The notes: generated by a model from the sequence alone, not told the origin. A stretch of DNA of 64,000 nt from Lentimicrobiaceae bacterium (GCA_041753535.1 JBGSUB010000067.1:138017-202016); one strand, 5' to 3'; shown: positions 17,993 to 27,047, numbered from the stretch's first letter. Translations and numbers: made by a program.

Positions 17993-20089
17993 TTATGAAT
18001 CTTCCCAGTGTGGCCTTTTAGCATTAATCTCTAAATTTGCATGATTCGCATTCCTTTTCTTAAGCAGGTCTTTGATTTCGTGCGAGCGTTTCTCGGTAAG
18101 TGAGTACCTCAGAACAAAGAAAATTGAGAAAATACTCAACAACATGGGAAGTCCGATTTCAACTACACGCATCATCAACAGTGTATAGGGTGATTGAATC
18201 GTTAGCTGAACAGTATCGGTTTCGAGAGTGCTGAGCTCTTTGTCCAGTTGATCCAAAGGCATATCTGTGGTTATTCTTGCCAGTTTTTTATCTACTCCAA
18301 TGCTGTTTTGAATAATTTGAGCGTAATGTTCCCTGCTTTTATCCGATTCAAGCGATTTGCCTTCAAGGTGTGCCAAAAGCTCAAAAGAATTCAGTCTCGC
18401 TTTTTCTAGTTTAGGCTGAAGTATTAAAGGGATAGCTGTGTTTAAAACGGTTTTGGTCAATGAGTCAGGTGATTGAGTGCTGATATTTCCCAATTGCACC
18501 TGTAATTTCTCCAATTCACTTATCGTTGATTTAGTGGTTAAGATTACCTCCGATAACTTGTTTTTCCGTTGATTTTTATATTCCGCAACATTCTGATAGG
18601 TTTCGTCCTGCTTTTTTACTGATTCTTTTTCAAGAACTTTTACATAGAGTTTTGAGTCATCGATTGCCTCAGCGACCTCTTTTTTTGTGTTCTGAAGCAA
18701 AGTTGTATTTGTACCAGACAAGCCCTGATCGCCCTGCCAGTCTTTGATATCACTCCTTATTTCCCTGATATTTCCCTGCAAACTGTCCACTTTTGTAACC
18801 TGTGTTTCATCAAAAAGGGTAAAGACAATCAACGCACCCGCGATTAAACTAGCTAGCGCTGTTCCCATTTTAATAAACCACCAGAAAACGGAATAGAAAC
18901 TTCCTTCGGAGCGGTGACCGGTTTTTAATTCATCTTCATCGCAGATATCGCCAACCATGGATGATCCCAAGGTAAAGAAAAATAACATACCTGCGGAAAG
19001 CAATACAGTCGGGATAAGTACAAGATACGGATAGGTTGGATTGTAGCACACAATTTTCGAAGCTTGTGCTAAAACCATGAGAATAATTGCAATGGTGAGG
19101 GTTTTTCGCTTACCAAGCCTCGGACTTATCCAGTTGAGTGGAAAAACGGCAAGCACTCCGGTTATGGCCCAAACTGTACCATTGATTCCAAGAAGCGTGG
19201 CTCCTGCAACTTTATCGCCACCATAAATATAAAATATAGGAATGTACGAACCCAGCAGGCTCACAAAATTGAAACCCATTGCCAGGGTGAAAATGGTAAG
19301 CGTAAGCATGATAAAATTCCTGTTGTTGGCAGTGCGTTTCATGTCAGTCCAGAAAGGTGTTTTTTCCTGCGTCTCAACTTTTTTAAATCCCGGTTCGCGC
19401 AATTTTAAAAACCACCAGAAGGAAAGTGGAATCAGGACAGCCGCGATAAGTATGGAAACATAACGCATTCCATCCATTTCGTTGCCACCCGGACCTTTGA
19501 ATATTTCCATACTTGCAAGTGCAAACAGCCATGGTGTGCTCATGGCAAAAAGATTGCCAACGAAACTTTTAGCGCTGAATAGTCGGGTTCGTTCATGGTA
19601 ATCGGTCGTCATTTCCATTCCTAAAGCTCCGTGAGGAATTTCGAAGATATTCACTGCCGTGAAAAAGATCAGAAGAGATATCAGAATATAGACAAGCTGA
19701 AACGCCTGAAAACCGGAGTCGGTCGGGAACCAGCTATGTACCAGTTCACCTTTTGGAATCCACCATATAACAACAAACGAGAGCGCTACAGCAATTCCTC
19801 CCAATAACAGATATGGACGACGGCGGCCCCAGCGCGTGCGGGTATTATCCGAAAGATGACCAATGATTGGATCGGACAGCGCATCCCACAAACGGGGCAC
19901 AATCAGTATCGCTCCAAGCCAGAAAGCGCTCAATCCCAGGCTTATATTGCCCATCAAGCCTACAAGTATTCCGGCTACGTTGAAAAGTGCAATAGGAATT
20001 ATCCCTCCGGCTCCATAGGCAGCCAATTGTGAAAAGCGGATTTTGTCCTCTGCCTTTGTGCTTCTGTCGACCGTAATTTCTTCTTCCAT
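17993..20089 (-). CDS. GPH-family (glycoside-pentoside-hexuronide:cation symporter) MFS transporter with a large insert before the last TM helix
   Basis: 698 aa. GPH signature DALSDPIIGHLSDNTRTRWGRRRPYLL after TM2. There are 11 hydrophobic helices, then a ~215-aa hydrophilic, heptad-rich segment (residues ~427-640), then a 12th helix VVEIGLPMLLSIFSIFFVL. Confidence 0.85.
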   Translation of the reverse strand: MEEEITVDRSTKAEDKIRFSQLAAYGAGGIIPIALFNVAGILVGLMGNISLGLSAFWLGAILIVPRLWDALSDPIIGHLSDNTRTRWGRRRPYLLLGGIAVALSFVVIWWIPKGELVHSWFPTDSGFQAFQLVYILISLLIFFTAVNIFEIPHGALGMEMTTDYHERTRLFSAKSFVGNLFAMSTPWLFALASMEIFKGPGGNEMDGMRYVSILIAAVLIPLSFWWFLKLREPGFKKVETQEKTPFWTDMKRTANNRNFIMLTLTIFTLAMGFNFVSLLGSYIPIFYIYGGDKVAGATLLGINGTVWAITGVLAVFPLNWISPRLGKRKTLTIAIILMVLAQASKIVCYNPTYPYLVLIPTVLLSAGMLFFFTLGSSMVGDICDEDELKTGHRSEGSFYSVFWWFIKMGTALASLIAGALIVFTLFDETQVTKVDSLQGNIREIRSDIKDWQGDQGLSGTNTTLLQNTKKEVAEAIDDSKLYVKVLEKESVKKQDETYQNVAEYKNQRKNKLSEVILTTKSTISELEKLQVQLGNISTQSPDSLTKTVLNTAIPLILQPKLEKARLNSFELLAHLEGKSLESDKSREHYAQIIQNSIGVDKKLARITTDMPLDQLDKELSTLETDTVQLTIQSPYTLLMMRVVEIGLPMLLSIFSIFFVLRYSLTEKRSHEIKDLLKKRNANHANLEINAKRPHWEDS

Positions 20090-20110
20090 CTTAAATTTTA
20101 TTAATTGAAT

Positions 20111-23100
20111 TTAGTAATAGATAACCACTTCTGCAGGAATCACCTTAACAGAAATCTCTTTTTCATTAAACTCTTTAATAACCGTTCCGTTCACGGTTAT
20201 TTTTGCCGGAAGCTTCGATCCATTGAAGTTTTTAATTTTCATGCCGTTTGCCGGAAGTTTTACATCGCCGGTAATGGAGAAGCGATAATTGCTGCTTTCT
20301 TTTTTGATTGAATAGGAAATCTCACCGTAGTAGGTTGGCAGATTTTCAATGGACATTCCCTGTGGCGCATCAATCCAATCCTGGTAAAGTGCCGAAGCTA
20401 GCACAAGCGATTGATCATACTCATTTTCGTATACAAACATGGAACGTATGGAATTGATAAAATCGCTACCAACCCAGGTATGCGGCATATCTCCGATAAA
20501 ACCGGGGAAACGGTCGTTTTTCCAAACCACTTCAGCCCAGTGGTTCCAGCCTTGCGGTTTTTGATCCTTCAGGAAAAAGTCAATTAACTCATGGGCCCTG
20601 TCCGGCTGATCCAGAATTATAAAAGAACCGATCAGGCGGTTTTCGTAGGGAGTATAATTCACCCAGTCGAGTTTGCCATCCCTGCGGTTTTTGAAAAATC
20701 CGTAATATTTATCAAACGTGTTGTAAACCTGTGGTTTTGGCAGGTTTTTCAGTTCGTTGCAGGGTGTTAATGCTACGGTTGTTGAGGTGGCATCAAAATC
20801 ACCCAGTTCGGCACAACCGGGGATGTAATCAATTTTCCTGTTTTTCATCGCGAGTTGCAGAGAGTTGTAAAGATTCTCCTTAAACGTATCGCGAAGTTTG
20901 GTTATGCGTTCATAATCAGCGGTTTTGCCAAGTATTTTCTGAATCTCCACGGCATCCTTCAATCCTTTGATGGTAAAGAAATTATCCCAGTAGGAGTGCA
21001 TAGGTTTGGCTGAATATCCTTCGTGGCTGATGGATTCCGGAACCAGGCCATAATGTGCTCTTACACTTTCGTTCCCGTTTTTAAAATAATCTGTCGAGCG
21101 CTCGGCCACCAGGGCTTCGATGTATTCAACAGCCTTCAACACATGGTTGTTGTTCGATTTCAGAAAAGCAGTGTCGTGGGTAAAGTTGAAATATTCGCGG
21201 ATCAGGTAAATCAGTTGCCCGTGGCTGTCGTTTTCGGGAACAGGGTCGGGGCCCCTGAAATCAACCACGCAGGGAACCTTGCCGTTTTCGTATTGGTGGG
21301 CTGCATACCAGACGATAAAATCTTTTACTTCCTGTACGATTCCGGATTTTAAAAGTGCGGATGAAGTGAGGGAGCCGTCGCGGATCCAGCTTCGCTCGTA
21401 TGAGCGTGAGCCGGGTTGAATGCCTGCCTTGTCCCGGTTCAATAAAATATACCCCAGGTTCGATTTATATGTATTTACAATCCTGTCGCCCGAGGGGGGC
21501 AGATTGAAACGGATATGGCTGGTTTTTTCTTTCCAGAATTCAGCAGATTTCGCAAATTCAACTGAAGTGTTGTCGGCGCTGAGTTTTCCGTCGGGAGTAT
21601 TTTTACCATAGAAGGGAACTGCCAAAAACAATTCCGTACTTTCGCCCGGATTAAGAAGTAAACTGTATTTAACCAAACCATTTGCCAGGCCGTTTTTATC
21701 AACGGCTGATTTACTTACCGGCATTTTCCCCTGCCGAACAAGGTCAACAATATTTCCTTCATCAAAAGCGCTTGCTCCGAAGGAATCGTATTTCTTTTGA
21801 AAAAGCACAACTTTATCGTCCACTGACACATAATTGCCGGCTTCTTCTTTGATGGATTTGATTTTTCCGGCCCCACCGGTCATATTCAGAAACTGGTAGT
21901 ATGGATTAACCTGGTACGGACGGATAAGCAGGTAAAACTCAAAATCCTGCGGCTTGTCCGAGGTGTTATGTAAAAAGTACCTGATGTCGAGTTTTGAATT
22001 TTTGTTAGCCTCGCCGGTTGCTGTAACACTGCTAACTAATGTGAGGTTTTTTAACTGCCAGGTGACCGACGGAATAAAATCAAATTCACGCTGATCTTTT
22101 GAGTTCCCCATCGATTGGCTGGCTTTTACATTGTGCCAGTTATAAATTGAATCCCCCATTTTAATAAGCGGCTCGATGGAAAAGAGGCCTTTATCCACTT
22201 CTACAATCCCGTCCTCGCTGATCATGGCTTCTTTTACATCATTGTTTACACCGGCAACGGTCCAGAAGGATGCCAGCTCCGAAAAGTACCTCGGGTAGTT
22301 TCCAACAGGAGAGTTTTTTGCTGTGTAAATCAGGAAATCATTCGGTAATAAGGATTCTTTAATGCTCAGAAATTTAATTTCGCTGATTGCATAACCTTCG
22401 GAATTACTGTTTATAAGGTTTATCTTCATGAACCTGGCTTCAGCCTCGGGCAACCGGATAAAACTTACATTACTCTGATTGGACTGAACGGAATAAACTT
22501 TTTCCCAGTTTTTTTCGTCAGTTGAAAGTAGTATATCAAAGCTTTTTGCTGATTTGTCTTTCAGCCAGTCGATCTGCAAACCGCCGAATTCCCTGCGGGC
22601 TTTGAAATCAATAGTAACGATCTGAGCTGCAGATTTGCTGCTTTGCCAGGAGGTTTTATCCGATTTATCAAATAATAAAGCTGTATTCTGTTTTTTTTGC
22701 GAAGAAGTTGCTGTTGCAACAGGCTGCGGATAAGTTTGCGTTTCGGGCGGCAAAGCTTCAAATTTGAAATCATCGAGCCAGATGGTTCCTTTTCCGCCAA
22801 CAAAGGATGCGATTGTGAATTCAATCCGGTCGATACGTTTTAAATTCTGGTCGGTGGTTGGTCCCCATGCAAAACTTATGTGTCTTTTTTTGATGGTTAT
22901 CTTTTTCCATTCAGTCGGGAAATCGTAGTTGCGGTTGCTCACCCACCAAACGTTGTCACCTGATTTATCTGCAAATTTTATTTCAAAATTATTGGCAGGC
23001 GATTCGGCTTTCACATAAAACGTAAACTGGTAATTTTCAGGCATGTCAATCGGGATGAGTTTCTGAATTCCGCCGTAACCGGTTCCGTGAGTGAAATCGT

Positions 23101-23293
23101 AATCAAATCGTATGGCATTGCCGGTTAATCCTTTTTCGTTGGATAAGTTAAGATTAACACCATCGGACTGTATGAAATACCATCCGTTTTTGTTCTCGAA
23201 CTCATCGAGGGTTTTTATTTGAGCATGGATCAGGTTGATTGTGAGTAACAACATGATCAATACTGCAGTTTTTTTTCTGAATAGCTTTTCCAT
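20111..23293 (-). CDS. Secreted multidomain protein: jelly-roll CBM-like + F5/8 type C (discoidin) + beta-sandwich + (alpha/alpha)6-like putative glycoside hydrolase, family unassigned
   Basis: 1060 aa. Signal peptide ..LLLTINLIHAQ. N-terminal CBM11/CIA30-like module ending TIWLDDFKFE. Discoidin module (DKTSWQS.., FGGLQIDW, YAISEIKF). Helical region with the glucoamylase-like motif SYERSWIRDGS. C-terminal beta-sandwich. Confidence 0.6.
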   Translation of the reverse strand: MEKLFRKKTAVLIMLLLTINLIHAQIKTLDEFENKNGWYFIQSDGVNLNLSNEKGLTGNAIRFDYDFTHGTGYGGIQKLIPIDMPENYQFTFYVKAESPANNFEIKFADKSGDNVWWVSNRNYDFPTEWKKITIKKRHISFAWGPTTDQNLKRIDRIEFTIASFVGGKGTIWLDDFKFEALPPETQTYPQPVATATSSQKKQNTALLFDKSDKTSWQSSKSAAQIVTIDFKARREFGGLQIDWLKDKSAKSFDILLSTDEKNWEKVYSVQSNQSNVSFIRLPEAEARFMKINLINSNSEGYAISEIKFLSIKESLLPNDFLIYTAKNSPVGNYPRYFSELASFWTVAGVNNDVKEAMISEDGIVEVDKGLFSIEPLIKMGDSIYNWHNVKASQSMGNSKDQREFDFIPSVTWQLKNLTLVSSVTATGEANKNSKLDIRYFLHNTSDKPQDFEFYLLIRPYQVNPYYQFLNMTGGAGKIKSIKEEAGNYVSVDDKVVLFQKKYDSFGASAFDEGNIVDLVRQGKMPVSKSAVDKNGLANGLVKYSLLLNPGESTELFLAVPFYGKNTPDGKLSADNTSVEFAKSAEFWKEKTSHIRFNLPPSGDRIVNTYKSNLGYILLNRDKAGIQPGSRSYERSWIRDGSLTSSALLKSGIVQEVKDFIVWYAAHQYENGKVPCVVDFRGPDPVPENDSHGQLIYLIREYFNFTHDTAFLKSNNNHVLKAVEYIEALVAERSTDYFKNGNESVRAHYGLVPESISHEGYSAKPMHSYWDNFFTIKGLKDAVEIQKILGKTADYERITKLRDTFKENLYNSLQLAMKNRKIDYIPGCAELGDFDATSTTVALTPCNELKNLPKPQVYNTFDKYYGFFKNRRDGKLDWVNYTPYENRLIGSFIILDQPDRAHELIDFFLKDQKPQGWNHWAEVVWKNDRFPGFIGDMPHTWVGSDFINSIRSMFVYENEYDQSLVLASALYQDWIDAPQGMSIENLPTYYGEISYSIKKESSNYRFSITGDVKLPANGMKIKNFNGSKLPAKITVNGTVIKEFNEKEISVKVIPAEVVIYY

Positions 23294-23310
23294 AGTTAAT
23301 TATGCTTCCA

Positions 23311-23400
23311 TTTCAGATTTATCTATGTGCTTTTCTATTGTGTTCTATGTGCCTATGTGTTTTTTATTCTTGAACCACATAGACACAATAGATCACATAG
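23311..23400. repeat. Imperfect palindrome built from CTATGTG-type words
   Basis: Left arm atCTATGTGcttttCTATTGTGttCTATGTGcCTATGTG, loop tttttattcttgaac, right arm CACATAGaCACAATAGatCACATAGg. Lies between two same-strand PUL genes. Confidence 0.75.
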
Positions 23401-23497
23401 GAAATGAAATTTGATTTTATCTGATGAATAATGAATTCTGATTGTCAGTTCTAATCCAGGCCTTAGAGATTTTTTCTTATTTATGAAATCTCAGAGA

Positions 23498-24895
23498 CTA
23501 TTTTAAATATGCGTACCCAAGTCTGGTAAGGCCTTTCTGTATAATCGGATCCTTCATTACATAATCCCACACCAGTCCGGTTCTGAAATTTTCGATCATT
23601 ATCAACATTGGTCCTTGATCAATTCCGATAAAGTCATTGTTGACCCACTTTATTGTCGGATTAAAGGAATCATAATACCCGTATTTTCCCCATAATTCCT
23701 TACCATATTTTGCATTGATCGATTTCATGGTAGGTAAAACGATTTCAGGTGCAAACGGCAGGGATGACATAGGGCCGTATGGGGCGATGGTTCCGTCTTC
23801 AGCAATTGTGTGATCCCGTCCACTGCTTCCTCTGCCTGCATATCCTTCAAACTTTTTATCCCCGAAATTAAATGAACTCCCGGGTCCGTCGCTGGCAGTA
23901 AATCCCCAGCACAGGGAATCATAGCCAACCCATCCTTTTGGGTTTTCTATGGCATATTCCCTTTGAACGAAAGTGGCACGCCGGGAATTTTCGAAATAAT
24001 CAATACCTTTTTCTTTCATGTATTTGTCCCCAAGCCCACGATAATCAATAAACGCCTGCGAAAACTGGTGACCGAATAAAGGAGGAAAAGCCACATGCGA
24101 AAGTCCTTCGTAAGGTGTTTTCCAGTCGTAGGTCGAAAGCCAGGAATTATAACTTTTCTCTACATCTTTCATACCTGTTCCGGCAGCAAGAACATACAAA
24201 AACAGACCTTCATTATATCCGCTCCAGCCATGGTTAAGCAATCCTTCCTCCGGCGACCATGCCATCGATATGCAATTAGCATGTTTTCCGCTTGGTGGCA
24301 TCAGGAAAAAACTCCAGTCCATTCTCCCAAGCAACATGGCTGAGAGTTCCCGAATCTGCTTTTCATCCGCGTTGTCGAGGTTATAATAGTTTCGGGCAAA
24401 TAGTATACCCATCATCAGCAAGCCTGTATCAATGGATGAAAGCTCGCACTTCCATTCGCGGGTGCCGGAATTCATACGAAGGAAATGGTAATAAAAACCC
24501 TTGTACCCTGTTGCATTTGTATCAGTGCTTTGAACGGAATTGGCAAAGAATTTCAGCATATTTAGTGTAATCTCTGCTGCCTGCTTCCTAGTGATCCAGT
24601 TTCTTTCGGCACCAATTGCGAGTGAGGGAATACCAAATCCTGTGGATGCAATGCTGGCAGGAGCCCATGATGCGGCACGGTCTTTAACAATTCCCATTTC
24701 AGGGTGATGCTCGTTTAAGAAGAAAAGGAACGTTTTATACTGAATGGAATCCAGCATAGCTGTTTCATCAGCAGTCAGAGGGTAATTAATCTTTCCCTGC
24801 GATTGGAATTCGGTTTTCTGCGATTGAGCACAACCCGAAACCGCCATCAGAATAAAAAAGAATAATATTTTACTGAGTTTTAGCTTGTTTTTCAT
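23498..24895 (-). CDS. Divergent GH144-like (DUF3131 superfamily) lipoprotein, putative beta-glucanase
   Basis: 465 aa. Lipobox MAVSGC. It follows the same motif order as the other GH144 copies but is clearly diverged: YKTFLFFLNEHHPEMGIV, STGFGIPSLAIG, GFYYHF, SIDTGLLMMGILFA, MAWSPEEG, GYNE, WGFTASDGP, LPFAPE, YGYYDSF, IDQGPMLIMIENFRTGLVW. Confidence 0.7.
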   Translation of the reverse strand: MKNKLKLSKILFFFILMAVSGCAQSQKTEFQSQGKINYPLTADETAMLDSIQYKTFLFFLNEHHPEMGIVKDRAASWAPASIASTGFGIPSLAIGAERNWITRKQAAEITLNMLKFFANSVQSTDTNATGYKGFYYHFLRMNSGTREWKCELSSIDTGLLMMGILFARNYYNLDNADEKQIRELSAMLLGRMDWSFFLMPPSGKHANCISMAWSPEEGLLNHGWSGYNEGLFLYVLAAGTGMKDVEKSYNSWLSTYDWKTPYEGLSHVAFPPLFGHQFSQAFIDYRGLGDKYMKEKGIDYFENSRRATFVQREYAIENPKGWVGYDSLCWGFTASDGPGSSFNFGDKKFEGYAGRGSSGRDHTIAEDGTIAPYGPMSSLPFAPEIVLPTMKSINAKYGKELWGKYGYYDSFNPTIKWVNNDFIGIDQGPMLIMIENFRTGLVWDYVMKDPIIQKGLTRLGYAYLK

Positions 24896-24993
24896 TTTAC
24901 TGATTTATGTAATTAGTTCTTTACCGGATACCTGCAAAAATAAATTTAGCCCAACCATAATGAAGAGAGATTTCAAGTCTACGATATTAAGAA

Positions 24994-26967
24994 TTATTTG
25001 TAGTTGTATCCCAGTTTCGTTAATCCTGTCTGTACCTCGGGAGCGCTCATAAAAAGATCCCATAACAATCCTGTACGGTAATTTTCAATCATACAGATTT
25101 CCGGGCCCTGGTCGATGGCAATGTAGCTGCTTGCCCACCAGTTATCCGAAACACTGAATGCATCATAAAAGCCGTAGGGTCCCCAGAGTTTATCTCCTAA
25201 TATGTAGTAGAAATACCTGATGGCATCCATGGATTGTTCGGGTGAATAGGGGAGCGATGAAACAGCTGCCGTAGGTGCAATTACCCCCCTGTCGTTGGTG
25301 GGTTCGCTTACGCCGTATCCTGAAGGAATATCGCTGGCTGTGAGTCCCCAGCAGAACTCATTATAGTTTATGTATTTCTTAGGATTTGTATCGCAGTGTT
25401 TCCAGTTGATAAGGGAATGATTTTGGTTTTGAGTCCAGTAGTTGGCATAAGCGTCCGAAAGGTTTCTCGGATCAAGACCCAGGAATGAATAATGAGCAAA
25501 GAAAAGAGGTCCACCATAATCGTAACCTACCGGTAACACATAACCGTAAAAAGTTTTACCGTTAAGTATTGCCCCGTTGCGTGCATATCCCTGGTGATAA
25601 GCTGTGGCCGGAATAGTATGGATAGGGGATGCGGCTGCCAGAATGTAAGTAATAAGTGTTTCGTTGTATCCCCGGAGCTGGAAATTCATATCCCAGCCAT
25701 AATTTGGCGACCAGTGCCAATAAAGAACATTCTGACCACCACGGGTGTACCAGTCCCATTCCACAGTATTGTAAAGGTGGGTAATTTTAACAGCTAGTTC
25801 ATTTTCATCAGGTTGTGAAAGGTTAAGATATTGCCTTGCTGCCAGCAATCCCTGTATCATAAATGCAGTTTCAACCAGGTCGCCACCATTGTCTTTTGTG
25901 CCAAAAGGAATCACTTTTCCGGTACTGCCATTTATCCAGTGCGACCAGGCCCCGTGAAAACGATCTGCAGTTTCGAGGAATGAAACTATTTTAGTTAAGT
26001 GTATTATGCCTTCGGTTCGGGTAATAAAACCGCGTTCGATTCCTACAATTATAGCCATTACGCCGAATCCGGACCCGCCGGTTGTAACTACATCACCAGA
26101 TCCGTAACGTTCGCGTGCCATGCCACTGGCCGGGTGAGCATAATCGTAAAAATATTTAAACGTCTGGTGCTGAACAAGCGTCAGGAGATCATCGTCACTT
26201 ATCAGAGGGAATTTAAGTGAAGAATCGAGAGCTGTAAAAAATGAATTGTTGAATCCTTGAAATGAATATCCGTTTACGCCTAGCAGATCGGGAGAAATAG
26301 AGAAATTATAATTAGAGTATCCTTTAAAATTTTGTCCGAAAGAAACTTCTACATTTTTAACATTATTCGAAGTATTAATTATCATTGGTATACCGCCTGA
26401 AATGTAGAAGAAGGAAGCAAGCTGTTGTGTACTGACCGGATCCGAAAACTCAATATTTATTGTTGTTCCGGCCAGCGAAATATTTTTTACTTTGGCAGGA
26501 GGAAGAAAGTCCTGGTTGTTAATAGTAATTGTATTGATAGTAAGTACTCCATTAGTTGTGACAAAAGCGAATTGAAGCCCTGGAAAGGTTTCACCATTTT
26601 TACCACGTAAAGCGGAAGAAATATCCAGAGTGTACCCTGTTACTTCTTCAAGTTGATTTGTTGGTGACAGAACTACGGTTTTGGATTCGTTCGTAAAATG
26701 GATTTGGTAATCTATTTCTGTTGTGTTCTTTTTAATCCTGATGTTGTTCAATGCTGACATACTGTCAATTGCGGCTGAAAAGTTTATAATTATGTCTTCA
26801 TTATATGGAACATCAGTTGTATTTCCCGGGTAATTCAGCGGCACCGTTCCAACGGTACATGATGATAACTGCATCACGCCCGCATTTTCGGTATTATCTT
26901 CTTTACAGGAGTAAACCAGGATACATGCAGCAAATCCAATAATTAGTATAGCGGCTGAACGTTTCAT
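24994..26967 (-). CDS. GH144-family putative endo-beta-1,2-glucanase lipoprotein with two N-terminal Ig-like (SbsA/Big_5-type) modules
   Basis: 657 aa. Lipobox ILVYSC. ~240-aa N-terminal Ig-like repeats. GH144 motifs FKYFYDYAHPASGMA, GGSGFGVMAI, RFHGAWSHW, NGGDLVETAFMIQGLL, YWHWSP, GYNE, FFAHYSFLGLDP, WGLTASD, LPYSPE, YGFYDAF, IDQGPEICMIENYRTGLLW. Confidence 0.82.
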   Translation of the reverse strand: MKRSAAILIIGFAACILVYSCKEDNTENAGVMQLSSCTVGTVPLNYPGNTTDVPYNEDIIINFSAAIDSMSALNNIRIKKNTTEIDYQIHFTNESKTVVLSPTNQLEEVTGYTLDISSALRGKNGETFPGLQFAFVTTNGVLTINTITINNQDFLPPAKVKNISLAGTTINIEFSDPVSTQQLASFFYISGGIPMIINTSNNVKNVEVSFGQNFKGYSNYNFSISPDLLGVNGYSFQGFNNSFFTALDSSLKFPLISDDDLLTLVQHQTFKYFYDYAHPASGMARERYGSGDVVTTGGSGFGVMAIIVGIERGFITRTEGIIHLTKIVSFLETADRFHGAWSHWINGSTGKVIPFGTKDNGGDLVETAFMIQGLLAARQYLNLSQPDENELAVKITHLYNTVEWDWYTRGGQNVLYWHWSPNYGWDMNFQLRGYNETLITYILAAASPIHTIPATAYHQGYARNGAILNGKTFYGYVLPVGYDYGGPLFFAHYSFLGLDPRNLSDAYANYWTQNQNHSLINWKHCDTNPKKYINYNEFCWGLTASDIPSGYGVSEPTNDRGVIAPTAAVSSLPYSPEQSMDAIRYFYYILGDKLWGPYGFYDAFSVSDNWWASSYIAIDQGPEICMIENYRTGLLWDLFMSAPEVQTGLTKLGYNYK

Positions 26968-26986
26968 TATATTAATTCAAATTGTT

Positions 26987-27027
26987 AAAAAAAAGGAGGG
27001 ATCAGGAAATCCCATCACCCTCCCTCC
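26987..27027 (-). terminator. Putative partial terminator/attenuator between the LamG lipoprotein gene and downstream enzymes
   Basis: The minus strand reads ggagggtgatgggatttcctgatccctcc followed by eight T. GC-rich pairing is GGAGGG/CCCTCC (6 bp) or GGGAT/ATCCC (5 bp). The stem is short but the U-tract is long. Confidence 0.4.
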
Positions 27028-27047
27028 AACCTCAAATCAAACCTGTT

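Noticed and set aside
17573-17998. 141-aa plus-strand ORF spanning the GH35 5' end and the gap to the transporter gene.
   Set aside because: It is mostly antisense to GH35, has no motif or signal peptide, and its end merely runs through the 75-bp intergenic gap.
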